Below, one piece after another: positions 18,439-28,875 of a stretch of 64,000 bases of DNA. The stretch spans positions 21,982 through 85,981 of the forward strand of contig JBDKLC010000004.1 in NCBI GenBank assembly GCA_039795775.1, written 5' to 3'. Each line of letters opens with the position of its first letter. Within the stretch, counting starts at the first letter, position 1. The position numbers and the translations under genes were made by a program. The DNA comes from Candidatus Parcubacteria bacterium (GTDB lineage Bacteria; Patescibacteriota; Minisyncoccia; Phycocordibacterales; CAIZLB01). Below the pieces are notes generated by a model. The model was not told the origin of the DNA. It saw only the letters and a list, made by a program, of their open reading frames with translations, and did no database searches.

Positions 18439-19512
18439 ATGAAAAAGAAAATCACACTCGTAGTTCACTTTCTTTTGCTTCTCATACTTCTTGTTGGAGG
18501 AATTGCTGTTCATCGAACCGTAATGGCTCAGGTCTCAACAGGAAATGTCACAGGATGGGCATGGTCAGACAACATTGGATGGGTAAGTTTCAATTGTTCT
18601 GACGTCTCAGATTTGTGTACAACGGCTTCATATGGAGTAGATGCAGATCCAGACACTGGGGCTCTTTCTGGGTATGCTTGGTCGGAAAGTGTTGGATGGC
18701 TTAGTTTTAATCCAGGGGATACAGGAGGATGTCCTGATGGAACTAATTGTGAAGCTAAAGTAGATTTTGCTACAGGAAAAATTACTGGATATGCACGTTT
18801 TTGTTCGGCTACTGCCAATGGCAATTGTACTGGAGGTATAGGTCCAGATGGATGGGACGGTTGGTTGAAACTTTCTTCGCCAGGTTCACCAAGTCTTTCA
18901 TCTCCAGTACTCGATGGGTCACAAGGTGCAACATATGATGCAAATACAACAAAAATTATGGGATATGGATGGGGAGGTGATGTTGTTGGATGGCTCAAGT
19001 TTAATAATTCATACAACGGAGTAAAAATTACTATAGATGTAAATAATCTTAAATGTAAGATCGACGAAACTGAATTTGATCTCAATACATTTATTACACG
19101 GTATAAGACAGGAGTAGCAACATCCACAGAAGCTTGTGAGTCATACTCTTCAACTTGTGAACAAGTAACTCCAACAGAAGCTGACTGGAACACAGATATT
19201 ACACCTATAGCTGACGGAACATATTCATATAGTACATGTACAGTTTCTTCAAGTACTTCGTGTGCAGAAGGAAATAACCCTTGTGATATTTCTGCATATA
19301 CTCAGGGTACAAATCTAGGACAGACAATGTCGTGTGGTGAGCAACGAAAGTTTTATAAACAAAAAGTTGTAGTAAACAACGCTGCTGGAACTATCTCATG
19401 TGAATCAAATGGAAATGCCGCTGTGCGAGTATGTGACAACGGAGTACTTACAGGTGATTCTTCATTCAACAAAGTTATTTGTCGAGTGAATCCGTATCAG
19501 AAAGAGCGATAG
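18439..19512 (+). CDS. Secreted Cys-rich protein with G(W/Y)AWS..GW.SF repeats
   Basis: Signal peptide; repeats GWAWSDNIGWVSF, GYAWSESVGWLSF, GYGWGGDVVGWLKF. Confidence 0.8.
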   Translation: MKKKITLVVHFLLLLILLVGGIAVHRTVMAQVSTGNVTGWAWSDNIGWVSFNCSDVSDLCTTASYGVDADPDTGALSGYAWSESVGWLSFNPGDTGGCPDGTNCEAKVDFATGKITGYARFCSATANGNCTGGIGPDGWDGWLKLSSPGSPSLSSPVLDGSQGATYDANTTKIMGYGWGGDVVGWLKFNNSYNGVKITIDVNNLKCKIDETEFDLNTFITRYKTGVATSTEACESYSSTCEQVTPTEADWNTDITPIADGTYSYSTCTVSSSTSCAEGNNPCDISAYTQGTNLGQTMSCGEQRKFYKQKVVVNNAAGTISCESNGNAAVRVCDNGVLTGDSSFNKVICRVNPYQKER

Positions 19513-19586
19513 AAAATAAAAGTATCTGGGGAAACTCAGATACTTTTGTTGTAAGTTTGGTATAATTATTGAGATAACACATTAAC

Positions 19587-20549
19587 ATGATGAAACAAGT
19601 AGTACATATAATAAAAGTAATAATAATTGTTGGAGTATTGTTGGTTGGAGGACAATATCTCTATGCCTTTGGTCCGACATGTGCTCCACCAGATTGTAAC
19701 TCTGATGCTCCTATCAATGCGAGTTCAACTGATCAGATTAAGACAGGAGGTCTTACTATAGGTAAGAATATGTTTATTCAAGGAGCTACATGGGTTACGG
19801 GTCTCGACCCACAAGATAACGTTACTCCTCTCCAAATAGGTCTCGTTGTTCAAAACGGCCAAGTGTTGCTCGGTACAACAACACCAGTGGCGAACGCATC
19901 TAGTACTATGAGACTTGTTGTAAATGGTGGAGCTGGAGCGAGTGAATTCTGTGATCCAAGTGGAGTAAATTGTATTCCGTGGGATGCTTTGTACGATAGT
20001 GTATACAGTCCAGGTGGTTTCAACTGTTCTTCTGTTCCAACATTTACTACGTTGTACAATAAAGAGACAGGATATTACTTCAATCAACCTGTATTTGGAG
20101 AAAGTGGATACTACGGTGCTTCGTCTGCTCGAGGTTGGCAAAAAGTGAGCATGCCAGCTGCATGTTCAGAACCTGATGGTTGTATTATTCGAACAAAGAT
20201 TTATAAACGATATTCTGTACCAGGTTGGACATGTAATAACAGTGGTTGTACAGGTTGGTACGAAGATAAGCTGTATAAGATTACTGATACTGAATATCGA
20301 CAAGAAGCTGGTTCTGGTGCTCAGCTTTGGTGGAGTGCCTTCTCTACAAGTGGAAAACTCAAAAACGGCGATACTACGTCTTCAAACATTACATCAGGTG
20401 CTGGATCAATTGAATCTGGTGCATACAACCTCAGAGATGATCGAAATGCAACACTTTCTGCAGATGATGAACTCTCAAATGCACAATGGAGTCCATTTGA
20501 CAGTACTCGAAGTTACGGAGCAGAAGTATTTGTTTGTACAAACTCATAG
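19587..20549 (+). CDS. Secreted Cys-rich putative adhesin or pilus-associated protein
   Basis: Signal peptide; APINASSTDQIKTGGL motif; paired cysteines; directly upstream of pilB. Confidence 0.7.
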   Translation: MMKQVVHIIKVIIIVGVLLVGGQYLYAFGPTCAPPDCNSDAPINASSTDQIKTGGLTIGKNMFIQGATWVTGLDPQDNVTPLQIGLVVQNGQVLLGTTTPVANASSTMRLVVNGGAGASEFCDPSGVNCIPWDALYDSVYSPGGFNCSSVPTFTTLYNKETGYYFNQPVFGESGYYGASSARGWQKVSMPAACSEPDGCIIRTKIYKRYSVPGWTCNNSGCTGWYEDKLYKITDTEYRQEAGSGAQLWWSAFSTSGKLKNGDTTSSNITSGAGSIESGAYNLRDDRNATLSADDELSNAQWSPFDSTRSYGAEVFVCTNS

Positions 20550-20574
20550 GTATTGTTTCTCTCAATTAAATATC

Positions 20575-20615
20575 AAAAAGAAAACATCCGGATAACTTCC
20601 GGATGTTTTCTTTTT
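20575..20615 (+). terminator. Intrinsic terminator
   Basis: aaaagaaaacatccgga-taact-tccggatgttttctttt. Confidence 0.8.
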
Positions 20616-20666
20616 GTGTACTTCTACTTCTGATATAATAAGAACGTATTTGAAAAAATAATTTTC

Positions 20667-22424
20667 ATGTTTCTCGAACCTACCCAATTAAAAAAGTTTA
20701 TTTCAGACTCAGGTCTTGTTACTCAAGACGATATTACTGCTGCAGAAAAAGTAGCTGAAGAAAAGAAGCAAAATCTCGGTGAAGCCCTAGTGTCTGCCGG
20801 AAAGATTACAGAAGACGATTATCGACGAATCCAAGCGTACCTCATTGGTATTCCATTCGTAGACCTCAAGAGTCAAAAGCTTGAATTTGATGTGCTTTCG
20901 CTTATTCCGGAACCTATTGCTCGAAATCACAATATCGTAGCTATTAAGAAGAAGGACAATGCTCTTGAAGTAGCCATGCTTGATACAGACGACCTCTCTG
21001 CGATCGACTTCATCAAAAAGAAGACTGGCCTCAAAGTTCTTCCTCGACTTACAAACACTGAGTCAATGCGTGCTGCTCTTATTCAGTACCAAAAGAGTTT
21101 GAAAGCTGACTTCGGAGATATCATTCAACAAGAAGCATCATCTCTCAAGATGGTAGCTCAAGACTCTGCGCCAGGGGAGGAAGTATCAGGAGACGACCTC
21201 AAGAAGCTCGCTGAAGACTTGCCTGTAGTACGTATTGTGGACACATTGCTCAAGCATGCAGCTCTCCAAGGTGCATCAGATATTCATATAGAACAGATGG
21301 AAAATGAAGTAGTCGTACGATATCGAATCGACGGTATGCTTCGAGATGCCATGATTTTGCCTAAAGCAGCCGGCGCAAGTATCACTGCTCGTATCAAAGT
21401 ACTCTCGAACCTCAAGCTCGACGAAAAACGACTCCCACAGGACGGACGATTCAAGATTGAACTCAATGATGAAAAGATTTCGTTCCGAGTATCTATTTTG
21501 CCTACATATTATGGTGAAAAGACTGTAATGCGACTTTTGCGAGAAAGTGTATCTGGGTTCTCACTCGAAACTCTTGGCTTCCACGGACAGGGTCTTGAAG
21601 CTATTCATGATGGAACACAAATGACAGAAGGTATGATGCTTACCACTGGTCCTACTGGTTCTGGTAAGACAACGACACTCTATACAGTGCTCGATCTCCT
21701 CAACACACCTGATGTAAACATCTCTACAGTAGAAGATCCAGTTGAATATCAGATGAAACGAGTAAATCAGACACAAGTAAAACCTGAAATCGGATTTACA
21801 TTCTCTTCAGGTCTCCGATCTCTTCTCCGACAAGACCCAGACATCATTATGGTGGGAGAAATTCGAGATAACGAAACAGCGTCACTTGCTATTAATGCGG
21901 CCCTCACAGGTCACGTAGTGCTCTCTACGCTTCACACCAACTCAGCAGCGGGTGCTATCCCACGACTTATTGATATGAAGTGTGAGCCGTTCCTTCTTGT
22001 ATCTACACTCAAGGTGGTAGTAGCGCAACGACTTGTGCGACGACTGAGTAAAGCAAAAGAAGAATATTTCCTTACAAAAGACGAATTGGCTTCTATTAAA
22101 AAGAAAATTGACATGGATCGAGTACTCAAGGCTCTCAAAGATGAAAAAATTGTAAAGCCTGATGCTGAATGGAAAGACATTCCACTGTATCGACCGAAAG
22201 CTGACAAAGATTCTGACGATGGCTACCACGGCCGAGTTGGTATTCATGAAGTTCTCAAGATGAGTACACCCATTAAAGAATTGATTATTAAGGGTGGCAC
22301 ATCTGACCAAATTGAAGAACAAGCAAAGAAGGAAGGTATGCTTACGATGATTGAAGACGGTGTATTCCAGGCGGTACAAGGGATGACATCGATTGAAGAA
22401 ATCTTGCGAGTAGTTTCTGAATAA
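20667..22424 (+). CDS. pilB: Type IV pilus assembly ATPase (PilB/GspE)
   Basis: GASDIHIE, RLPQDGR, GPTGSGKTT, LRQDPDIIMVGEIRD, STLHTN. Confidence 0.95.
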   Translation: MFLEPTQLKKFISDSGLVTQDDITAAEKVAEEKKQNLGEALVSAGKITEDDYRRIQAYLIGIPFVDLKSQKLEFDVLSLIPEPIARNHNIVAIKKKDNALEVAMLDTDDLSAIDFIKKKTGLKVLPRLTNTESMRAALIQYQKSLKADFGDIIQQEASSLKMVAQDSAPGEEVSGDDLKKLAEDLPVVRIVDTLLKHAALQGASDIHIEQMENEVVVRYRIDGMLRDAMILPKAAGASITARIKVLSNLKLDEKRLPQDGRFKIELNDEKISFRVSILPTYYGEKTVMRLLRESVSGFSLETLGFHGQGLEAIHDGTQMTEGMMLTTGPTGSGKTTTLYTVLDLLNTPDVNISTVEDPVEYQMKRVNQTQVKPEIGFTFSSGLRSLLRQDPDIIMVGEIRDNETASLAINAALTGHVVLSTLHTNSAAGAIPRLIDMKCEPFLLVSTLKVVVAQRLVRRLSKAKEEYFLTKDELASIKKKIDMDRVLKALKDEKIVKPDAEWKDIPLYRPKADKDSDDGYHGRVGIHEVLKMSTPIKELIIKGGTSDQIEEQAKKEGMLTMIEDGVFQAVQGMTSIEEILRVVSE

Positions 22425-22466
22425 TATTCAGAATGAGATGGAGATACGGTGATATAATGTATATAA

Positions 22467-23678
22467 ATGAAATTTTCGTACACGGCTAAAAAGCCTGATG
22501 GCTCAACATACGACAGTACAATGGAAGCTGCTGATAAAGCTGCCTTCTATCGTGAACTACGAAAAATAGGTGATACTCTGATTAGTGTAAAGGAAGGGAA
22601 GAAAAGTGTTGGACAAATGGAAATTAACCTTCCATTTCTCAATCGTATAAAAATGATCGATAAGATCACGTTTGCTCGAAACATTAGTGGAATGCTCGAA
22701 GCTGGATTGCCACTCTCTCGTGCCTTAGCAGTATCTGAAAGACAAGCTTCAAATGTAAAACTCAAAAAGATTTATAAAGAGATCAACGAGTTTATTACAT
22801 CTGGTAAAACATTTCATGAAGCATTGGCACAGCATCCAAAGGTGTATTCAAGTCTCTTTATCTCAATGGTAAAAGCTGGCGAAGAAAGTGGAGATCTCGC
22901 AGGTTCTCTCAAGCATCTCGCTTCACAGATGGAAAAAACATACGTTATTCAGCGAAAGATTAAAGGTGCCATGATGTATCCAGGTATTATTCTTTCAGTT
23001 ATGGTACTCATCGGTATTTTGATGATGATTTTCGTAGTGCCGGCACTTACAAAGACATTTAAGGATTTGGGTACAAAGCTTCCAGCTTCTACTACATTTA
23101 TTATTGCTACAAGCGACTTTGCCTCAAATCATTACATCTTGTTAGTTCTTATCATTTTGGCAGCCGTCGTTGTCTTTATCTTGCTCCTTAAGACAAAAAT
23201 TGGTAAACGATACGCAGATTTTATTGTGTTACACTTGCCGGTTATTTCACTTATTGTAAAAGAGAGTAATGCTGCACGAACAGCTCGAACGCTTTCGTCA
23301 CTTCTTTCGGCTGGTGTTGATTTGCTCCTCGCGGTAAAGATCACTGGTGAAGTAATGCAAAACTCATTTTATAAAGAAGTTCTTCAGAGAACTGAAGTAG
23401 CTGTAGAAAAGGGGGACCCAGTATCAAAAATCTTTGAAGAAGAAACAAATTTGTATCCAGTATTCGTAGGAGAAATGATGAGTGTGGGTGAAGAAACTGG
23501 TAAATTTGCTTCAATGCTTACTGGTGTAGCTGTGTTCTATGAAAACGAAGTAGAAGAAAAAACAAAAGATCTTTCTACTATTATCGAACCAGTACTTATG
23601 GTGATTATCGGTGCCGGTGTAGGATTCTTCGCTGTCTCTATGATTATGCCGATGTATTCAGTGATGAATAATTTGTAA
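22467..23678 (+). CDS. pilC: Type IV pilus platform protein (PilC/GspF)
   Basis: AGEESGDL, AMMYP, VGEETG, IIEP; three TM segments. Confidence 0.95.
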   Translation: MKFSYTAKKPDGSTYDSTMEAADKAAFYRELRKIGDTLISVKEGKKSVGQMEINLPFLNRIKMIDKITFARNISGMLEAGLPLSRALAVSERQASNVKLKKIYKEINEFITSGKTFHEALAQHPKVYSSLFISMVKAGEESGDLAGSLKHLASQMEKTYVIQRKIKGAMMYPGIILSVMVLIGILMMIFVVPALTKTFKDLGTKLPASTTFIIATSDFASNHYILLVLIILAAVVVFILLLKTKIGKRYADFIVLHLPVISLIVKESNAARTARTLSSLLSAGVDLLLAVKITGEVMQNSFYKEVLQRTEVAVEKGDPVSKIFEEETNLYPVFVGEMMSVGEETGKFASMLTGVAVFYENEVEEKTKDLSTIIEPVLMVIIGAGVGFFAVSMIMPMYSVMNNL

Positions 23679-23710
23679 AGATTGAGTATACTAAGGTCTC
23701 TAAATTTATT

Positions 23711-24055
23711 ATGAAGAAAATAAAAACTATATCTAAAGCGATCGTTGGAACATTTTGTGTATATGTGTTGGGTATGCTCATGACTACATCTCCAGTAGAT
23801 GCCGTAATGCGAGCAAATTTTCCTGATGCCAACCAACTTCAACCACTTCCACAGTCTATAGCCCCAAGTCCAAAGGGGAATATAAATGCTACACATAAAG
23901 TAGCTCCCGACGTACAAAAAAATCCTGCACCAGTAGAGGAGGCAACGACTTCTCCAATACAAAAAGCCGAGGGTTTCTCTCTCCCTTGGCTTATAAGTAC
24001 GCTCTCTGTTGTTTTGTTAGTAATTGCTTTGACTCTCGTTCTCAAAAAGAAATAA
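23711..24055 (+). CDS. Small exported protein with C-terminal membrane anchor
   Basis: Signal peptide, P/Q-rich linker, C-terminal TM followed by KKK. Confidence 0.65.
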   Translation: MKKIKTISKAIVGTFCVYVLGMLMTTSPVDAVMRANFPDANQLQPLPQSIAPSPKGNINATHKVAPDVQKNPAPVEEATTSPIQKAEGFSLPWLISTLSVVLLVIALTLVLKKK

Positions 24056-24068
24056 TCTTTATTTCTCT

Positions 24069-25454
24069 TTAATTACTTGTCCAACTGAGTGGTTGATATC
24101 CTGAACTTGAAAGAGGAAAGCTTGGTGGTGCCGCGTAGAGAAGATTACTATCATATGTACTTTCTGTTGTCTGATATCCGGATGTAACATCATCTGAGCC
24201 ATTGACCCATGTCCATGTCCACTGACCGAATGTCATAATCGATCCGTACACTGTGATTTTATTTTTAATTTCACCTGAATAGAAAAAGAATTGTGCACTT
24301 CCGTTTTGAGCAATAAGTGCGGCGTCTATTTCGAGGTCATCAGGTGCTCTGTATGTCACCACGATATCTTTTTGTGCAAGAAGGCCAAGAGAATGATTAC
24401 CATCTTTTGCGAGGTAGGTAATATTATTTGGAATATAGATTGTTGGAGCGGTTGCTGCATTATAAGGGAGTTTTGATGCCGCAACCATGACACGTCCATT
24501 TACTACACCTTCTACCCACACGTTATCTTCGATATATATAATCCCGTTCGATGGAATAGCTTGGGTTGAAAGAAGTGTTCTGTTTTTATAGTCAATATCT
24601 TCGTTTCGTGCGTTTCCTGCAACATCCCAACCTGATGGTGTAGACCAAACACTTGTTACCTTGTAGATGCTTACAGTACCGTTTGAGTTGAATACGAGAG
24701 AATATCCTTGGCTGTTTGATGGAGCGAGATAAATACCGCCTGATTGTGCGTTTGCTTTCATACCAGCGAGGTTTGATGTGAGGGCAGAGAAGTCTACGGC
24801 CGGTACAGGATACTGCCAGAAATTTTTTGTTGTTTGGTTTGCGCTTCCCCAAATGCCAGCTTTTGTTGTAGGACAAGGACTTCCTTGTGAAGAAGGACAA
24901 CTATAAGTAGATTTTGCCGATGTAATAGGAGCATTTCCTGTTCCATCGAATCGAATTCCGTTATTAGACTTGAGCTGACCGTTAACTGTTTCATTGTCGC
25001 CCACCCAGATGACTGCATTTGTAAGGAAAGAGTATTGTGCAAGGGAAGGGATACCGTATTTTGCAGTAATTGTTCGCTTTATTTGCGGCTGATCTGTAGT
25101 CCAGCCAGTAGAAGAAATAGTGACTACAGTAGAGCCTGTTGGTGGAGGTGTGATAGTGAGACTGTATGTGCCGAGAACTTTTTGAGTATCAGTATCGACA
25201 TAGTTTCTAATATATGGACCAGATGTAGCTGTACCGTTTGTGTAGTCAGTTGGATAGTGAGCCAATCGCCACTGATAGTAGTTAATACCAGCCTCAGCAA
25301 TTTGTAGAGCCTGTTCTTTTGAAACAGTGGTAGCAAGTACTCGTGTTCGGATGACAAGCGATTGAATGATAGGCATCATCATCAACGAAAATATAAAGAT
25401 GACGATAAGAAGTAACACTAATATTTCTCCACGTTGTTTGTTTTGATGAGCCAT
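24069..25454 (-). CDS. PilX-like minor pilin
   Basis: QRG-EILVLLLIVIF pilin-like N-terminus; ALQIAEAGINY. Confidence 0.8.
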   Translation of the reverse strand: MAHQNKQRGEILVLLLIVIFIFSLMMMPIIQSLVIRTRVLATTVSKEQALQIAEAGINYYQWRLAHYPTDYTNGTATSGPYIRNYVDTDTQKVLGTYSLTITPPPTGSTVVTISSTGWTTDQPQIKRTITAKYGIPSLAQYSFLTNAVIWVGDNETVNGQLKSNNGIRFDGTGNAPITSAKSTYSCPSSQGSPCPTTKAGIWGSANQTTKNFWQYPVPAVDFSALTSNLAGMKANAQSGGIYLAPSNSQGYSLVFNSNGTVSIYKVTSVWSTPSGWDVAGNARNEDIDYKNRTLLSTQAIPSNGIIYIEDNVWVEGVVNGRVMVAASKLPYNAATAPTIYIPNNITYLAKDGNHSLGLLAQKDIVVTYRAPDDLEIDAALIAQNGSAQFFFYSGEIKNKITVYGSIMTFGQWTWTWVNGSDDVTSGYQTTESTYDSNLLYAAPPSFPLSSSGYQPLSWTSN

Positions 25455-25459
25455 CTAAT

Positions 25460-26107
25460 TTAGTTTCCTAAGTTTGTTTTTAAGCTTCGAAGTGTTCCAC
25501 CGGCTTGAATTGTATACGTCGTTGTCGCTGTTCGAATATTTTGTACCTTAACGAGTAGATTCATTTTAGCAAATTTTACCTGAGTGATGTTCACAGGTTG
25601 TGTAAGTGCAGATGTTGTTCCTGCATATGTATCAGCATAGTAATAAAATATTGGTGTTGATGTCCCGTTAGAAACATCAGTGAGTACAGTAGAAACTGTT
25701 TCAGAAGCAGAGTTGTATGTCAGCGGATTTCCAGACGGTGTAATAATGCCTTTGAAAAGAGAAGTGCCTGAAAGATAATAACGAACACGTCGTACAGTTG
25801 TAGAGCTGTTTGAGCCGAATGTTGTGTAAAGAATAATTTGAGATGAACTTGCATCATTGAGAGCCGCCGCACCATTATTTGCCGTTGTAGAGTTCCGTAA
25901 TTCGTTCGAAAAGTTAAAGACTACCAATCGAGCCTGATCAACGCCGTTGATTGCTTTTGTTTGTTGAGTAGATGTAACAAATATTTCTCGGAGCATTGTT
26001 GTAGCTCCAAGCATGATGATTGAGAATATACCGATAGTTACTACTGTTTCTACAAGTGTGTAACCAGGCATATATGACCGTGCATATTTTTTTGAACTTA
26101 TTTTCAT
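25460..26107 (-). CDS. Prepilin-type (PilW/PulJ-like) protein
   Basis: Class III signal G-YTLVETVVTIGIF. Confidence 0.85.
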   Translation of the reverse strand: MKISSKKYARSYMPGYTLVETVVTIGIFSIIMLGATTMLREIFVTSTQQTKAINGVDQARLVVFNFSNELRNSTTANNGAAALNDASSSQIILYTTFGSNSSTTVRRVRYYLSGTSLFKGIITPSGNPLTYNSASETVSTVLTDVSNGTSTPIFYYYADTYAGTTSALTQPVNITQVKFAKMNLLVKVQNIRTATTTYTIQAGGTLRSLKTNLGN

Positions 26108-26122
26108 GTGCAATATGTTTGC

Positions 26123-27916
26123 CTAAGAACTAAGCAACACTGTAAGTACATTATATCCGCTTATGTTCAAATTTGTTACTGTCTTTGTTGTATAACCTGT
26201 CATAGATGTTTGCACTTGATAGTCATTTGCAGCACTGAGTCCAGGGAACATAACTTGTCCCGGAGTAAAGCAACCTGATACATAGTTCACATCGAGGCTT
26301 GTAAGTACGGGTGTAACTGTTGTTGTACTGTTACTAAGATATGCTTTGTATCGAAGATATCGGTTATTGTTGTGAACACTACTAATAGATGTACCTGGCA
26401 CCGTGTAGTAGGTAGTTGAGGCACCATCTGGACCTAAGAAATTCCACGTAGTAGTCGAACCATCGTTACTTGAGGCAATTTGGAATCGTAGGGTTGTTGA
26501 AGCTGTTTGAGACTGAGGTTCCCAGTTGAGAGTCGTATAGAGGGTTGATGTTGAACCAGAATCAAATGTAGAAGACTGCAACCAGCCTGATGATGAATAA
26601 ACACCGAATGTTTTCTTGAGTCGTACACCAGTAGGGAGAGTAGCTGTATCAATATTTCCATCATTTGAGAAATACATAGTACTTGTACCCATATTTGCTT
26701 GTCCTACACCACCTGTCCAATCTTGTTGAGAGAAGGCACTACCGCCAGTAATAAGAGTATCGTCATACCCAGATCGTGTGAGTCGTACATTTGCTCCTTC
26801 GATAGCCACTCCAGTTGCAGCATCTTTTACAATTACCAAAAGACTATTTGTTGTTATAGGGCCAACAATAAGGTTAAAGTTCTGAGATGTCTGAGGAAGG
26901 ATGTTAATTTGCTGGATAGGAGATGATCCATAAATCATATAACTTGAAGTAGAGAGTGCTGGGGTATAGTTGTCCCATTCAATATTTGAAAGCACCACTT
27001 GGCCACTACCGTTTGATGTATAGGTATTATTAAACTTGTAGACACTCGGAGTACCAATGATTTTTGCACCTTTTACCCCGATTCCGACATTTGATAGAGG
27101 TGCACAGCTCTGGTTGAGGGTATTAAAGGTAAGATTACTCAACTTATCGATAGAAAAACTGATTTGAGTCACTGTTCCATTCAAAATCGTAGCATCTGGC
27201 TTAGTTGGGTTAGGGTTTCCAACTGAGACAGGATATGTCTGATCTGAAGAATACCCTGTTTTTGTAGCAGTTACATGATAGTTATTTGAACTCTGAGGGA
27301 GACCCACTTCTGTCCAGTAGCCATTGGCATCAGTGGTTCGGGTAATGTTGATATCTGGGGTTAAAGCCGTATTTGTGATGTTTATTTGGGCTCCAGGCAC
27401 AGGCTGACCTACGGCGTCGAATACTTGTACTGTAAAAGCACCCGCATTATTGGTGTTTTCAAGACCTGCTGGGGTGATATTAGTAACAAATGTTGTTACT
27501 ACGTTAGTTCGGGTGTTTTTTATGTTTAATTTGACCTGTTTGTAGTCTGTTGGGGCAGGATCAGTGCTTGACGCGATTGTTCCATCTGCTGGGTCGTCTA
27601 CAAAGCTACTTTCATAGTAGATTTGATAGGTAATGTTGTTATAGCTTGTCGATGTGGCATTTGGAAGGTCTACAAGGATACCAGTCGGGTTACCGTTTAC
27701 GGTACCAACCTGGCTATAGGGAAGGTTTCTAACAATTTCCATATACTGAGCAGCGAGATTTGAAATAGTAGTGTTTTCTCGATACACACCCGCGAGCTTA
27801 ATAATAAGCGTACTTGTAGAGTAGACAGTAAGAGCGAGCCCAGCAAAAATACCGATACTAATAAGTGTTTCAATTAAAGTAAATCCTTTTTGATTTCTAG
27901 AGATAGAACGTTTCAT
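26123..27916 (-). CDS. Large prepilin-type protein with carboxypeptidase-regulatory-like beta domains
   Basis: KG-FTLIETLISIGIF; GQPVPGAQINI and GVAIEGANVRL repeats. Confidence 0.85.
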   Translation of the reverse strand: MKRSISRNQKGFTLIETLISIGIFAGLALTVYSTSTLIIKLAGVYRENTTISNLAAQYMEIVRNLPYSQVGTVNGNPTGILVDLPNATSTSYNNITYQIYYESSFVDDPADGTIASSTDPAPTDYKQVKLNIKNTRTNVVTTFVTNITPAGLENTNNAGAFTVQVFDAVGQPVPGAQINITNTALTPDINITRTTDANGYWTEVGLPQSSNNYHVTATKTGYSSDQTYPVSVGNPNPTKPDATILNGTVTQISFSIDKLSNLTFNTLNQSCAPLSNVGIGVKGAKIIGTPSVYKFNNTYTSNGSGQVVLSNIEWDNYTPALSTSSYMIYGSSPIQQINILPQTSQNFNLIVGPITTNSLLVIVKDAATGVAIEGANVRLTRSGYDDTLITGGSAFSQQDWTGGVGQANMGTSTMYFSNDGNIDTATLPTGVRLKKTFGVYSSSGWLQSSTFDSGSTSTLYTTLNWEPQSQTASTTLRFQIASSNDGSTTTWNFLGPDGASTTYYTVPGTSISSVHNNNRYLRYKAYLSNSTTTVTPVLTSLDVNYVSGCFTPGQVMFPGLSAANDYQVQTSMTGYTTKTVTNLNISGYNVLTVLLSS

Positions 27917-28047
27917 TGAGGTTTGGAGAACTGAGTAAATTTTACCACATATGTGAGATGTGTGTGGAGCAAAATGATGTGGTCTGGTGTGTATTTTGAG
28001 GTACAACTATCTCCCGTCTATTTCTTACATCTGCTATAATTTCGAAC

Positions 28048-28857
28048 ATGAAGAAAAACAAGAAGCCGTTCATTATTGGAAACTGGAAAATGACACCAAG
28101 TTCTCTCGATCAAGCAAAGAAGCGATTCATCTCTATTAGAAAAGCCGCACTCAAGCATCGAAATATTGAAGTCGGTATCTGTCCACCATCTCCTTATGTA
28201 TTTCCTCTTGCACAGCTAGCAAAGAAAGGAAAAATTAAAATTGGTAGTCAGGACGTCTCTGTACATAGTGAAGGATCACACACAGGTGAAATAGGAGCTT
28301 CAATGTTCGAAACATCAGGAGCAGTCATGACACTCATCGGACATTCAGAACGAAGAGCTGCGGGTGACACAGACGCAATTGTTGCTACAAAGATTTCTCA
28401 GGCTTTAAAAACTGATATGACAATCGTATTATGTGTCGGCGAATCTGATCGAGATGATCATGGAGAGTATCTCAATGTAATTCGAAAGCAGCTCAAAGAA
28501 GCTATCAATCAACTTGGACGATCACAGTTTGCACAGCTCGTTATTGCGTATGAACCTGTGTGGGCAATTGGAAGAAAAGATAACGTAGCCATTACATCTC
28601 ACGATCTGCATCAAATGGTTATCTTTATCAAAAAGTTTTTGAAAGAATTGTGGGGAGAAACTATTTCTTCTATTGTTCCTGTTTTATATGGTGGTTCTGT
28701 AACAGCAGAAAATGCTCATGACATTTTGTGGAATGGAGAAGTAGATGGGTTGCTCATAGGTAGAGCAAGTTGGGAAGTAGAAAGTCTCAGTGCTATCTTT
28801 GATGCAATAGATGTTCCAAGAAAAACACTTCAAGTAAAAAAGAAAGCAAAACGATAA
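28048..28857 (+). CDS. tpiA: Triosephosphate isomerase
   Basis: GNWKM, GHSERR, AYEPVWAIG, YGGSV. Confidence 0.97.
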   Translation: MKKNKKPFIIGNWKMTPSSLDQAKKRFISIRKAALKHRNIEVGICPPSPYVFPLAQLAKKGKIKIGSQDVSVHSEGSHTGEIGASMFETSGAVMTLIGHSERRAAGDTDAIVATKISQALKTDMTIVLCVGESDRDDHGEYLNVIRKQLKEAINQLGRSQFAQLVIAYEPVWAIGRKDNVAITSHDLHQMVIFIKKFLKELWGETISSIVPVLYGGSVTAENAHDILWNGEVDGLLIGRASWEVESLSAIFDAIDVPRKTLQVKKKAKR

Positions 28858-28875
28858 TTTAAATATAATTTACTT

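Noticed and set aside
15836-19193. Antisense ORFs such as 16706..17335 and 18528..19193
   Set aside because: Shadows of real genes with no motifs; the same applies to the short overlapping ORFs across the ribosomal cluster
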